The position numbers and the translations under genes are program-made. A stretch of 63,756 nt of DNA, filler included, from Octopus bimaculoides (lineage: Eukaryota), in the NCBI RefSeq assembly GCF_001194135.2. It is 8 parts of 7 records of this genome, joined end to end, with 100 filler letters (N's around TTAATTAATTAA, not from the genome) between each part and the next. Parts side by side here need not be neighbours in the genome. Positions count along the whole stretch, not along the records: positions 14,323 to 40,136 come from NC_068995.1; 7 more parts are not named here. One strand, 5' to 3'. Shown here one piece after another: positions 25,599 through 39,260 of the stretch. The notes beneath the pieces are model-generated. The model worked only from the letters and a program-made list of their open reading frames with translations. It had not been told where the DNA came from and did no database searches. Position 1 is the first letter of the stretch. Each line of letters starts with the position of its first letter.

Positions 25599-26429
25599 TG
25601 ATGATGATGATGATGATGATGTGATCACTGAAATAATAAGTATATTAAATAATTTGCTGCTTTCGTTCTTTTTTGCTTCTTATAAACTGGACATCTTCCA
25701 GTAATGAAAGAATGACAGAACAGATAAATAACAGAAATTCAATAGAAATTCTGCGTAAAAGTCGAAATGCTGTAACTGTATTTTGGAAATATATGTCAGA
25801 AACCTGAAACTAAAACCGATTCCGAATAAACAACATGGTACAAATATCATATATATGATATAGTCCTCGATACTACTACTACTGCCGCTACTACTCCTCC
25901 TCCTTCTCCTACTACTACTACTACTAATAATAATAATAATAATAATGAGAAGAAGAAGAAGAAGAAGAAGAAGAAGAAGAAGAAGAAGAAGAAGAAGAAG
26001 AAGAAGAGAGTCTAAAGGAAATGCAGCATATAAAACAGTAGAAACACTGCTACAGTTAGTGCACGGATTTGGTACTGGGATTAGTGCGAGATTCGAATCA
26101 GCAAGATACAGACTTGAAATAAGAAAATTAAGATTCTAATGTTGAGTTCTTAATTTTGATAATATTTACCTCAAATACAGGAAGTTAACAAACTTTAACA
26201 ACCAGAAAACTACTATAACATACCAGCAATCGGACCACAAAATCACCTAGAGTGATAGAATAACGGAAAACTCATGTAAATAGTAACGAAACACGAAAAA
26301 AACAAAACAGATTTTTTTTTTTTTTGTCTTCAACGAAGTCAGCAATGTAAAATAGAGTTTAAAGTGAGAACCAAAGTGTGAGGAGAAAGGAGAATCAACA
26401 AAGAAGAAATTGGGAAATGCTTAAGGTTT

Positions 26430-26610
26430 GAATTAAATATGTGACTAGAGAACGAAATACCACTGTGATAGATAGAAAAACCACTATACACCCAATACTT
26501 GAAAAACCTGAACAGGGCAAAAATAAACAGGAAACACAAAACTGGCTGAGAAGTGCAGGACTCAAAACTGAGGATTTTTATTAGCGAAACAAGATCAAAA
26601 TCTTCAGACC
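26430..26610 (+). mobile_element. R4-like LINE fragment
   Basis: Degenerate ..EKPLYTQYLKNL..WLRSAGLK(T)E(G)F..QDQ.L.TR, resembling the R4 motif WLxxxxLKxETEGFIIAAQDQ. Confidence 0.55.
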
Positions 26611-26684
26611 AGACACAACCGAAATCCTGTTAGGGAGTTTAATATAGTAACAGCAAAATACCTGGGTGATAGGAAGAAAGGGAA

Positions 26685-26862
26685 ATGCTTAGCGGTATTT
26701 CGTCTGTTTTTACGTACTGAGTTGAAATTCCGCCGAAATTAACTTTGCCTTTCATCCTTTCGGGGTCGATAAATTAAGTACCAGTTGCGTACTGAGGACG
26801 ATCTAATCGACTGGCTCTCCCTCCCCAAAAATGTTCGGGTCTTGTGCCTAGAGTAGAAAAGG
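26685..26862 (+). mobile_element. SINE family B copy
   Basis: atgcttagcggtatttcgtc..gcctttcatcctttcggggtcgataaattaagtaccag. Confidence 0.85.
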
Positions 26863-27889
26863 TTATGTAGAATATATTCAAAACAATAAAATCGACAAAA
26901 CCAAAGCAAAACTAAATTTCTTTTTTGCTGGCTTTTTACGTACTTCCAGAGTTCAAATCGTCTGAAGGTCAACTTTGACTTTCGTCCCTCGAGGACTGAT
27001 AAAATAAAGAACCAGGCAGGTAGAGGAGTCGAAGGCGTCGACTTACATACTTCCCATCAAAGTTGCTGGTTCGAAAAACCCTTATTATTTCTGTATTGCC
27101 CACAGGGGTCCAAACATAATTACCAAACGTGATACACGTCTTTTGCAATACATTATCGAATATCATCATTATCATCATCATTACCACCACTGTTACATTC
27201 TTCATTATTATCATCATCATCATACCCACCAGCATCCTTATCATTGTTTGCCTCTATGGGGGCGGGGTGTGGTGCGGGGGATCTTGGGTGCTATTAAGAG
27301 TTTCTAACCTAAAAGACCAACTAAACTTAATCAACAGTGATGATAAAGAAAACCGTTTTCAAAAGTTGCTTTGATATTCTTTTTACAGCTTTTTGATTTA
27401 TTCATTTTATCGATCTGTTTATTTGTGTGTTTATTTATTGATTGATTGATTGGATGGTTGGTTGGTTTGCTGGTTGGCTGGTTGGCTGGTTGGCTGGTTG
27501 GTTGGCTGGTTGGTTGATTGGTTGGTTGGTTGGTCTGTTGCTTGCTTGGTTGCTTGCTTACTTCCTTGCTTGGTTACTTGGCTGACTTCAGTTTCAATTT
27601 TTACAGCTTTTCCAACAACAACAAAGTTATTGTTATTGTTGTTGTTGTTGTTACTTTTGTTTTTGTTGTTGTTTAACCCCAAGTCAGCTCTGATCGAGTC
27701 CCTGATCAAAGACGCTCCAGTTTTTTTGTTTTGTTTTTTCACACAGGTATAACAAGGATTGTTTCATTCTGTGTGTCCATCTATTAAGATGGCAGAATTT
27801 GAGCGAGATTTTAGTTGATTTTTTTGTTTCTAGCAGTTCTTGTACAAGCACCCGCTCTTGTTATTCTTATTCTTGGTGGTGGTGCTGAA

Positions 27890-28020
27890 GGCGGCGAGCT
27901 AGCAGAATCGTTAGGGCGCCGAGGTAATTGCTTTGCGGCATTTCTTCCGACTTCACCTTCTAAGTTCAAATTCCACCGACGTGGATTTTACCTTTCATCT
28001 TTTCGGGAGTCGATAGAATA
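27890..28020 (+). mobile_element. SINE family B copy (3' truncated)
   Basis: ggcggcgagctagcagaatcgttag..aagttcaaattccaccga..cctttcatcttttcgggagtcgata. Confidence 0.75.
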
Positions 28021-28042
28021 TATATATGAATGCTTCTTCTTA

Positions 28043-28085
<43 letters not shown>

Positions 28086-28876
28086 GTGATGAATGTCATC
28101 AACGTATGCCCACCTTTTGCCGGCATACTCCGACAAAGAAATATAAACGCCGATGCGAAAACAGAATAACCGGTGCCTTGCCAACAAAGCTCCTTGAAAT
28201 ATTTGTCCTGTATAGAGTTACAGACACTTTCTTCCCATTTACTTCTTATTAAATTTAATCTAATTCATACAAACATATTAACACGCAAACTTAAACTCTA
28301 TGAAAACTTTTTATCGCGATATCAAATAAATTCTTTACCGATTCGTTTCCCCACAGAAAAGAATCGTTTCAAAATGTATTTTACTCTCAAGTATCCATTA
28401 GGATATTGATGTCACATTCACTAACTCTAGTGAATCGACAACCAAACTTTCAAGTTCTTCTAGATGAGATTAAGATAGTGATGAATATAATTCAAGCTGA
28501 GTAAAATTGAAATTACAATCTTTATCTAAATTATTAAACCATTTAGTTAACTCATGTGGTATTATTCTACAAATGTTAAACCATGTTTCACATTAAAATC
28601 AATGGAACTTAAGTTAATCAACTGCTCACTGATTTATAAGTCTACACTTAATGTTCTCTAAGAAATTATCTTTATGGCCCTTTATCGTTATATCAGATTT
28701 GTGCGAAGATCGACATTCTAGTCTTTCATCTATCTTAAGATTATTTACTAATGTTTGTGCTTATAAACTAATTAAATTTACATCTTTTACGCTTTCTTTT
28801 TATAGATTCTAAGCCTCTTAATTCGGCAAGTAGACAGTCCTGTGATCTAACAACTGCAATAGTTATACGTAAATAT

Positions 28877-28952
<76 letters not shown>

Positions 28953-29099
28953 GTGTACTTCCAAAAGACGTCTTCGGTTTCTGGCGGTTGTTACAATGTC
29001 CTGGATTCGAGCCAGCGAATCTTGCAAGTCCAGTGAGGAAGCCTTTCCTGTTGTCACTCGATTGCTGAGTCTGCTTCACTAGCGGTCTGGAAACCTTCG

Positions 29100-29390
29100 A
29101 CTATATAGCATAACGGCTATATGACGTATCAGATATATAGCGTAGAAGATATCCAACATAACTGCTATATAACGCAGAAGTTACATAACACAGCGGTTAT
29201 ATAACGTAGTAGCTATTTAACATCGCGGTTATATAAGGTAACAGAATAGCGGTTATATAAGGTAACAGAATAGCAGGTTATATAAGGTAACAGAATAGCA
29301 GCTATATTACATAGCAGCTATATAGCATAAAGGCTATATAACACAGTGACTACATAAAATAGTGGCTACATAACATAGAGACTATATAAC
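29100..29390. repeat. Degenerate minisatellite with three near-identical 24-bp units
   Basis: gcggttatataaggtaacagaata repeated 3 times at about 29225-29300, inside a looser atata(a/g)c-periodic tract. Confidence 0.75.
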
Positions 29391-29467
29391 AATGCTGTAT
29401 TTTGCAATATCTAAACTAAACATTACCCATCAACAGTAAGTTGAACTTCCGAGCATAGTTTTAAGAT

Positions 29468-29528
<61 letters not shown>

Positions 29529-30123
29529 CAGCAGGCGTGCTGATGCTGCTGTTGTTTCTCCTCAGTTCAGCTTTTATTGAACAGGTCCAGAGACAATCCA
29601 CTCGTGATCATCCCGGACTGCATCATCCAATTCAGCGTTCCTTTTAAAAGCTGAAGGTTGTGGCTTCAGAGGAAAGATTTGGCTGTTATTTCTAACAATA
29701 CGACCGACCACATACAGGTTTCCTTTGCCACTAATCTCCTCCCAGCCACCCTCACCTCCTTACTCCCCTTCCCCTCCCGCACAAAATCATTTCTCCAATT
29801 GTTCTAAGACAGAATGAAGAGAAACCAGATCAGAGGAAAGATCAATTGAAATCAATACCGTTTATTGTCATCATATATATTTTAAAAACACAAGAAGATT
29901 GCTTCTGTACAGTCCAATTGCAAACAACAACAATTGGTATTACGTAAATATTACAATAGTAGATAGTGTAACAATTGCAAATTACTATAATAACATATAA
30001 TAAGTTATCATAGTAAACATGGCAGATTGCCTACAGAAGATGTTGTGGCCGCCATTGATTTGGTGAGTCCGTGATGAAAAAAAACACAAAGATATTGGAA
30101 AGATATTGGAAAGGTAGATAAAC

Positions 30124-30188
<65 letters not shown>

Positions 30189-30270
30189 AAATTAGATCGA
30201 TAGATAATAGGTATGTGGATACTTAAAGAGAAATACGGACATCTGTGTTTAATACGCTTATACAGGATCG

Positions 30271-30336
<66 letters not shown>

Positions 30337-30412
30337 GGACGACGACGATGACGATGATGATCGTTATTTTCGTCGTCGTCACCGTCGATGTCGTTGTTAC
30401 TACTACTATTAC

Positions 30413-30509
<97 letters not shown>

Positions 30510-30512
30510 GTT

Positions 30513-30727
30513 AGGGCAGTGAGCTAGCAGAATCGTTTGCACGCTGCACGAAATGCTTAGCGGTATTTCGCCAGTCGCTACGTTCCGAGTTCAAATTCCG
30601 CCGAGGTCGACTTTGCATTTCACCCTTTCGGAGTCGATAAAATGAGTACCAGTTGTGAACTATGGTCGATGTAATCGACTAGCCCCCTCCCCCAAAATTT
30701 CAGGCCTTGTGCTTATCGTCGAAAGGA
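30513..30727 (+). mobile_element. SINE family B, near full-length
   Basis: ggcagtgagctagcagaatcg..gagttcaaattccgccgaggtcgactttg..gtcgataaaatgagtaccag..caggccttgtgctt, followed by an (ATT)n tail. Confidence 0.85.
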
Positions 30728-31874
30728 TAATTATCATTATTATTATTATCATTATTATTATTATTATTCATCTTTACCATGAGTATTTCTATGGTCTTCC
30801 TCCTCCTTATCATCATCTTCATTCGCACCTTCCTTCTCATCGTCATCGTCATCATACTCATTATTTTATCCAGTAACAAGGTAGGCAGGAGAGAAGAAGC
30901 ACTCACGTCTTCGTTTCCAATATATTTTCTTTGAGATTTGCTCCAGAAATATTTATAAAACATTTTTGTTTGTTTTCCCTTTTTTCTCTGCTAATAAGAA
31001 AATTATATTCCGTCTTTGATTCTTTCTTTCTGTTCTTCATGTACATTTTTTTCGATCCTTCCCATTCTCTCTAGGACTCCCTCTCCCCTGCATATATATA
31101 TATATATATATATATANNNNNNNNNNNNNNNNNNNNNNNNNNNNNNNNNNNNNNNNNNNNNNNNNNNNNNNNNNNNNNNNNNNNNNNNNNNNNNNNNNNN
31201 NNNNNNNNNNNNNNNNNNNNNNNNNNNNNNNNNNNNNNNNNNNNNNNNNNNNNNNNNNNNNNNNNNNNNNNNNNNNNNNNNNNNNNNNNNNNNNNNNNNN
31301 NNNNNNNNNNNNNNNNNNNNNNNNNNNNNNNNNNNNNNNNNNNNNNNNNNNNNNNNNNNNNNNNNNNNNNNNNNNNNNNNNNNNNNNNNNNNNNNNNNNN
31401 NNNNNNNNNNNNNNNNNNNNNNNNNNNNNAAATATATATATAGACACGTTGATAAATGAATAGATATGTATTATGCATCGAAGATATGTATGTATATAGG
31501 TATATGTGTGTGTTTGTGTGTGTGTAGTATGTATACTATGTATATGTATATATGTATGTGTTTGCTTATGTGCTTTTGTTTATATCCTAGGGGGAAATAA
31601 CACGTAATTCCTGACAAATCAATAATTTTAACAGACCTAATTTAACTTGGATCCATACAGATGTACACAGTAACAATACACAAATATGTATATGAGTGTG
31701 TATATATAAGGGTCTGCATGCATATATGTCTGTGTGTGCATGTGTATCTGTATTCTACCTGTGAAGTTTTACCTTGCAGATATGTTGGCCCATGTTTCAT
31801 GTCAACATTTTCCATACATACATTTAATGTTACAGTCATTGATATATTTGTACATAAATATGCAGTGTGGACAT

Positions 31875-31962
<88 letters not shown>

Positions 31963-32797
31963 NNNNNNNNNNNNNNNNNNNNNNNNNNNNNNNNNNNNNN
32001 NNNNNNNNNNNNNNNNNNNNNNNNNNNNNNNNNNNNNNNNNNNNNNNNNNNNNNNNNNNNNNNNNNNNNNNNNNNNNNNNNNNNNNNNNNNNNNNNNNNN
32101 NNNNNNNNNNNNNNNNNNNNNNNNNNNNNNNNNNNNNNNNNNNNNNNNNNNNNNNNNNNNNNNNNNNNNNNNNNNNNNNNNNNNNNNNNNNNNNNNNNNN
32201 NNNNNNNNNNNNNNNNNNNNNNNNNNNNNNNNNNNNNNNNNNNNNNNNNNNNNNNNNNNNNNNNNNNNNNNNNNNNNNNNNNNNNNNNNNNNNNNNNNNN
32301 NNNNNNNNNNNNNNNNNNNNNNNNNNNNNNNNNNNNNNNNNNNNNNNNNNNNNNNNNNNNNNNNNNNNNNNNNNNNNNNNNNNNNNNNNNNNNNNNNNNN
32401 NNNNNNNNNNNNNNNNNNNNNNNNNNNNNNNNNNNNNNNNNNNNNNNNNNNNNNNNNNNNNNNNNNNNNNNNNNNNNNNNNNNNNNNNNNNNNNNNNNNN
32501 NNNNNNNNNNNNNNNNNNNNNNNNNNNNNNNNNNNNNNNNNNNNNNNNNNNNNNNNNNNNNNNNNNNNNNNNNNNNNNNNNNNNNNNNNNNNNNNNNNNN
32601 NNNNNNNNNNNNNNNNNNNNNNNNNNNNNNNNNNNNNNNNNNNNNNNNNNNNNNNNNNNNNNNNNNNNNNNNNNNNNNNNNNNNNNNNNNNNNNNNNNNN
32701 NNNNNNNNNNNNNNNNNNNNNNNNNNNNNNNNNNNNNNNNNNNNNNNNNNNNNNNNNNNNNNNNNNNNNNNNNNNNNNNNNNNNNNNNNNNNNNNNN

Positions 32798-32831
<34 letters not shown>

Positions 32832-33707
32832 GTACGTACGCCTTCCAGACAATTCCATTGATTTTATGCAAACTTACACTTTCCTTTCCTAAGTCGACAA
32901 TTTGCTTCCTACGTTTTATAAGTTTTTAAAATCTATTTGTGTATAATTCTATATTATCACTGTATTGCATATTATCATTATAGGGAAACAATATTGTAAT
33001 TTGATTTTTACGCCTTTATTGTCCTTTCTGTAGTGTCTACCATTGAAAACATTTATACATCGAGATAATTCGTTTTACTACTCGCTGATCTCTGTTTCCC
33101 TAATAATGTTAGAGTTTCCCCCCACAATGTAAAGGCGACACCTTCAATGCTCTTGTCTTCATAACATAGTTCAGTTGATTATGTAGCATCGAAAACTATC
33201 TTTTGTCTCAGCAGACTACAAAAAGCATTCCAATGGCGTGCAGCCTGAAATTCCGCAAATCTTATTGATAATCGATACAAAGTTGACCGAGACCCACAAT
33301 ATTCATTGTGTAAGATAATAACAAGACACTTAAGCAATTTATGCCAACAATAAAAGCTGTATGCATGGAATGGCTCTCAAGGAGTTCGACCATGGTTTAC
33401 TAAAATATTCTCAGATACTGGAAGATTATCTTGAAGATGAAAGAACAGCTTTAAATGAACAAACCAAAGGCAGGGGGAAACTAACGGTTTAAGAATGATA
33501 ATCATAGATATTGAAGCTAAAATATAATTATAGAAAGAGTGTGGCAAAAGAAATCCAGGTGTGCAAAATAAAAATGAAACCAGTTGTGAAGCTTATAGGA
33601 ATTTGGAAAAGAAACAGACTTCAGTAGCCTCCAAAGATGACTAGTTTGAGGAATATGACTTGGTAATTGCAAAATCTGATTAGTACGATACTGAATAGAT
33701 TTATATA

Positions 33708-33793
<86 letters not shown>

Positions 33794-33896
33794 TAAATAC
33801 ACTGACATCTCAGATGTGAATGGTCACATCTCATTATATCGTTTCATCTGTGCGGACGCCACCTGGAGCTTCAAGCTTGTTATTGCATCATGCACA

Positions 33897-34320
33897 AGGC
33901 GCAGAAGTGGTTGTGTGGTGAACACAGCTTGCGTCCCAAATTCATGGTTCAGGGTTCAGTCCCACTGCGTGTCACCTTGGGCAAGTATCTTCTACTAAAG
34001 CCTCGAGCTGACCAGTGTTTTGTGAGTGGACTTGGTAGACGGAAACTAAAAGAAGCCCGTCATTTAAGTGAGTGAGCGTCTGTGTTTGTGAGTGTGTATA
34101 TGTGTGTGCTTGTGTCTCTGCTTGTCCCCCACCACCACTTGACAACCAATGTTGGTGTGTTTACGTCCCCGTAACATAGCTGTTCGGCAAAAGTGAATGA
34201 TATATTAAGTACTAGGCTTTTGATAAGTACTGAGATCGATCCATTCGATTAAAATTCTTCAAGATGGTGCCCCAGCATGGCCGCACTCTAGTAACTGAAA
34301 CAAGCAAATGATAAAAGATA
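33897..34320 (+). mobile_element. SINE family A, full-length
   Basis: Head aggcgcagaagtggttgtgtgg, internal TG-rich tract, tail gtgccccagcatggccgc..ctgaaacaagcaaatgataaaagata. Confidence 0.85.
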
Positions 34321-34392
34321 CAAATGCATACTTACTAAATGCAGATTATGTATTTAAATGCATCAAATGACGTTATTTTGTTTCAAGAAATA

Positions 34393-34554
34393 CCGTATTT
34401 TAACGTGTATAATGAACCCTCTTTTGTCAAAAATTAGGTTTAAAAAATATGGGAGTTTCTTATACATGGATGGTGTTATAATCCCTTTCAAAACCTTTTT
34501 TCCAAATTTTAAGCCCCCAAAATTAGAGGGTTCCTTATACACGTTAAAAAACGG
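34393..34554. mobile_element. pogo/Tigger-type MITE, 162 bp, TA TSD
   Basis: 30-bp TIRs CCGT(A/T)TTTTAACGTGTATAA(T/G)GAACCCTCT (28/30), flanked by TA on both sides. Confidence 0.85.
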
Positions 34555-35690
34555 TAAATCTTTCAAAAGTGGTGTCTATTTACTTTTGACATGCTTTGTA
34601 TATGCACAAAGTGTTTTTACTATATCACTGTTCCATTTGTAAAACAGATTCACCAATGGACAATCCAGAGACAACCAGAAATTACAGGACGATAAGAAAA
34701 AAACTTGAAATCGTGATAAATAAAACGCCAAATCAGCAACAAGCTCTGATGGTTCCCCAACAATTCACCCAAAGATCTGTAAAAACAGTCTCAGTAAATC
34801 ATTTTTTAAAGCTTCTTTAGNNNNNNNNNNNNNNNNNNNNNNNNNNNNNNNNNNNNNNNNNNNNNNNNNNNNNNNNNNNNNNNNNNNNNNNNNNNNNNNN
34901 NNNNNNNNNNNNNNNNNNNNNNNNNNNNNNNNNNNNNNNNNNNNNNNNNNNNNNNNNNNNNNNNNNNNNNNNNNNNNNNNNNNNNNNNNNNNNNNNNNNN
35001 NNNNNNNNNNNNNNNNNNNNNNNNNNNNNNNNNNNNNNNNNNNNNNNNNNNNNNNNNNNNNNNNNNNNNNNNNNNNNNNNNNNNNNNNNNNNNNNNNNNN
35101 NNNNNNNNNNNNNNNNNNNNNNNNNNNNNNNNNNNNNNNNNNNNNNNNNNNNNNNNNNNNNNNNNNNNNNNNNNNNNNNNNNNNNNNNNNNNNNNNNNNN
35201 NNNNNNNNNNNNNNNNNNNNNNNNNNNNNNNNNNNNNNNNNNNNNNNNNNNNNNNNNNNNNNNNNNNNNNNNNNNNNNNNNNNNNNNNNNNNNNNNNNNN
35301 NNNNNNNNNNNNNNNNNNNNNNNNNNNNNNNNNNNNNNNNNNNNNNNNNNNNNNNNNNNNNNNNNNNNNNNNNNNNNNNNNNNNNNNNNNNNNNNNNNNN
35401 NNNNNNNNNNNNNNNNNNNNNNNNNNNNNNNNNNNNNNNNNNNNNNNNNNNNNNNNNNNNNNNNNNNNNNNAGCCTGGTACTTATTCTATCGATCTGTTT
35501 TTCCGAACCGCTAGATTGCGGATAAGTAAACAAATCAACATCGGTTGTTAAGTGGTGGTGGTGGTGGTGGTGGTTGTGGTGGTATAATCGATATAATCGA
35601 CTTGCTCCTCCTTCGAAATTGTTGGGGTTGCACCAAAATTCGAAACCAATATGACGAAGTCATATGACCAATATGACCAATGTGACCAAT

Positions 35691-36012
35691 AGGCTTAGCG
35701 GTATTTCGTCTGCCGCCTCGTTCTGAGTTCAAATTCCGCCGAGGTCGACTTTGCCTTTCATTCTTTCGGGGTCGATTAAATAAATGCCAGTTACGCACTG
35801 GGGGTCGATGTAATCAACTTAAACCCTACCCCCAAATCTGAAGCTTTGTGCTTCGAATAGCTGGCAGAATCGTTAGCACATTAGGCAAAATGCTTAGCGG
35901 TATTTCGTCCGTCTTGACATTCTGAGTTCAAAATCCACCGAAGCAGATTTTACCTTTCATCCTTTGGGGGGGGTCGATAAAATAAGTACCAGTTAAGCAC
36001 TGGGGTCGATGT
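35691..36012 (+). mobile_element. Two head-to-tail SINE family B copies
   Basis: gcttagcggtatttcgtc..ttctgagttcaaa..cctttcat..gtcgat..accagtt..ctggggtcgatgt occurs twice in tandem. Confidence 0.8.
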
Positions 36013-36830
36013 CATAATAAAATAAAATGGTTGTAGCTAGAAAAATGTTTGAGCTCGGACTTGGTCAATCTGTTCTAACATGCAGCTAAATAACAACGTA
36101 ACAAAGTAAGTTGTTATGAAACTAATATCAATGAGTCTTTTACAATCACGTAAAGTACGGCAGCACGACGTACACTGCAGCCATTAACATACATACTTCT
36201 ATTAACATACTGCATACACTGCAGCCATTAACATACATTAAAGCCTCTAACACAGCAAAACAACTACGTTCAATAGAATGCCTAGAGATTCATTTCTTGC
36301 ATTTTTAGCATATAATATTATAAGAGACAGATCAGTGTTGCCATTGTTAAAGTGCTGAGAAGACAGAAAAGCGACAACGCTAGCAACGAGATACATTTTC
36401 ACACTTCTTAAGTCAAGACACCATCAATTTATAGTCTGTTTCAAGTCGTTCAGAAAGAGACAGGCTTTCTACCTTTAATCCACATTTGGGATTAAGCGTA
36501 GATAATAACGAATAAAGCAACAACGGAACGTTGTATAATATATCAGGTACTCGCTGCAAATAGACTCATACGAATATGTTTATGTTTATATTTACATAGG
36601 AAGACAAAATATAGCTCATGCCCTTAATTTTCCCTTTGTATATACATGGGTGTGTATGTGTGTGTGTGTGTGCTTCCATCTATATTATTCAAACACACAC
36701 ACTTACACACACACACACACACACACATACACACACACAATTACGAATTCATAACCACTACTCCTTTGCATAAATATACATAAATACACGTGTATATATC
36801 TATACATATATATATGTGTATATATATATA

Positions 36831-36908
<78 letters not shown>

Positions 36909-37210
36909 TGTATGTATGTATATATAAGTGTATGTATGTATATATATATATGTATATATATGTATATATACATATATATACACACATATACATATACATA
37001 TATATATATGTGTGTTTGTGTGTGTGTGTCTGTGTATTCGCGTGCGTGTGCATGTGTGTGTGTGTGTGTGTGTATGTGTGTAAGTTCATTTTATGTACAT
37101 ATAAATATAGAATCTACAAAAATGAGCAAATATATACAGAGAAATACAAATCCATATATTCATATTTATACAGCTTCGGTTTATTTATTCGCGCGCGCAC
37201 ACTCACGCAC

Positions 37211-37282
<72 letters not shown>

Positions 37283-37592
37283 AAATGACGAGAGGAAGTC
37301 GCTAAGATGAAGTGAAGGATTGTTCTTTCTCGCCTTGTTCTTTTCTTCTCCACGCGCGAAGTCTATTTGTCGGCCATTTTTCCTGTAATGCAATATGAAT
37401 AACAAAAGGGAAAAACCTAACAAAAACAGCAAATATTATGAACGCTGTTGTCATGTAGGAATTGATAAACTTTTATTTGCTGTCAGCTATTTCAAAAGTA
37501 TCTCAAATAATGATCATACACACTCTTCCCTCGATCTAATAGCGCTATAAACTTGAACATTGTAATACTTCATCGCCAGCCTCGTTCTGGAG

Positions 37593-37639
37593 ATGATGCT
37601 TTTATTTTTACTATTACTCATAAGAAATCATTATCCTTT

Positions 37640-37730
<91 letters not shown>

Positions 37731-37760
37731 CATTATTATTACTATTACTGTATTAGTATT

Positions 37761-37849
<89 letters not shown>

Positions 37850-37867
37850 AAGTAGTAGTAGCATTAC

Positions 37868-37915
<48 letters not shown>

Positions 37916-37963
37916 CACTATTATTATTATTATTATTATTATCATTATTATTATTATTATTAC

Positions 37964-38008
<45 letters not shown>

Positions 38009-38049
38009 CATTATTATTATTATTATTATCATTATTATTATTACTATTA

Positions 38050-38101
<52 letters not shown>

Positions 38102-38111
38102 CATTATTACT

Positions 38112-38162
<51 letters not shown>

Positions 38163-39005
38163 AGCAGCAGCAGCATCAGCATCGCTATTATTAGTAATAT
38201 TATTATTGTTATCATTGCTATTATTATTATCATTATTATTCATTGCTTTCGGTTCTTTCAGTTCATAAATATGAATGGTCGACGATGTTGTTGTTGTTGT
38301 TGTTGTGCTTGTTATAGTTTACATGCAACTTCTTACTATTTTTGCTATTTATGTTGTAGCTACAACCGCTCGTGTTCCTGTAGTAGTTGTAATTGTTGCT
38401 ATTGTTGTTCTACTTCTTTTTCATCTTCTTTTTCTTCATTTTTTCTTCTTCTTCTTCTTCCAGCTGTTATAGTTATTCATACTGTTGTTCTTGTTATTGT
38501 TATTAAATTTAATGTTTTCCCGTCTCTTTCTTCCCTTCTTTTCTTTCATCCTATTCTTATTCTTTTCTTTCATTTCTTCTTTGTCTCCTCATGCTGTTTT
38601 CTTCTTCTTCTTCTTCTTCTTCTTCTTCTTCTTCTTCTTCTTCTTCTTCTTCTTCTTCTTCTTCGTCTTCTTTTTTATCATTCCTCCACTTCTACTCCTC
38701 CTCCTCCTCATCGTCATCATCATCGCCATCATCCTCATCCTCTTCCTTATCTTCCTCCTCCTTCTTATACCACCAGGTCTACATCTCTTCTTCTTCTTCT
38801 TCTTCTTCTTCTTCTTCTTCTTCTTCTTCTTCTGCTTCTTCTTCTTTATACTGTAGGGATTTCAGAAGAAATCAAGCTTCGCTCTTCTGTTGCGGAGAGA
38901 AGATTTCTTTTCAATCGTTTTTCTCAGTTTTGCTCAGTCTTTTCTCTACGGATAGTAACAAAAAAAAAAAAAAAACAACAACAATAACAACAACATCATC
39001 ATCAT

Positions 39006-39038
<33 letters not shown>

Positions 39039-39192
39039 CAGTAGCAACAGCAACAGCATCATATATGCCTTGCCCTTGCTGTTATTCACCAAGTTGAAAT
39101 GCTTATTTATCATATCACAGTTGTGGCTGCGAAAAAATATCATTATCGACATTGCTGTTGTTTTTTATTATTTATCGTCATCATCATCATCA

Positions 39193-39251
<59 letters not shown>

Positions 39252-39260
39252 TTTCGCGCA
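37593..39260. repeat. Compound trinucleotide microsatellite (ATT/AGT/CTT/GTT/GCA)
   Basis: Direct reading. This tract is the source of the spurious 464-aa poly-Y/I/S/L ORF. Confidence 0.95.

Noticed and set aside
33100-33480. Possible HERO/R2-like RT and zinc-knuckle debris
   Set aside because: Only scattered motif echoes (ADYKKAF, ILEDYLEDER) across several frames. Too degenerate to call.
37593-38987. 464-aa ORF and all other homopolymeric ORFs (poly-H/T, C/V, Y/I, L/S, D, M, N, E)
   Set aside because: They are translations of di-, tri- and tetranucleotide microsatellites, with no splice context or domain content.
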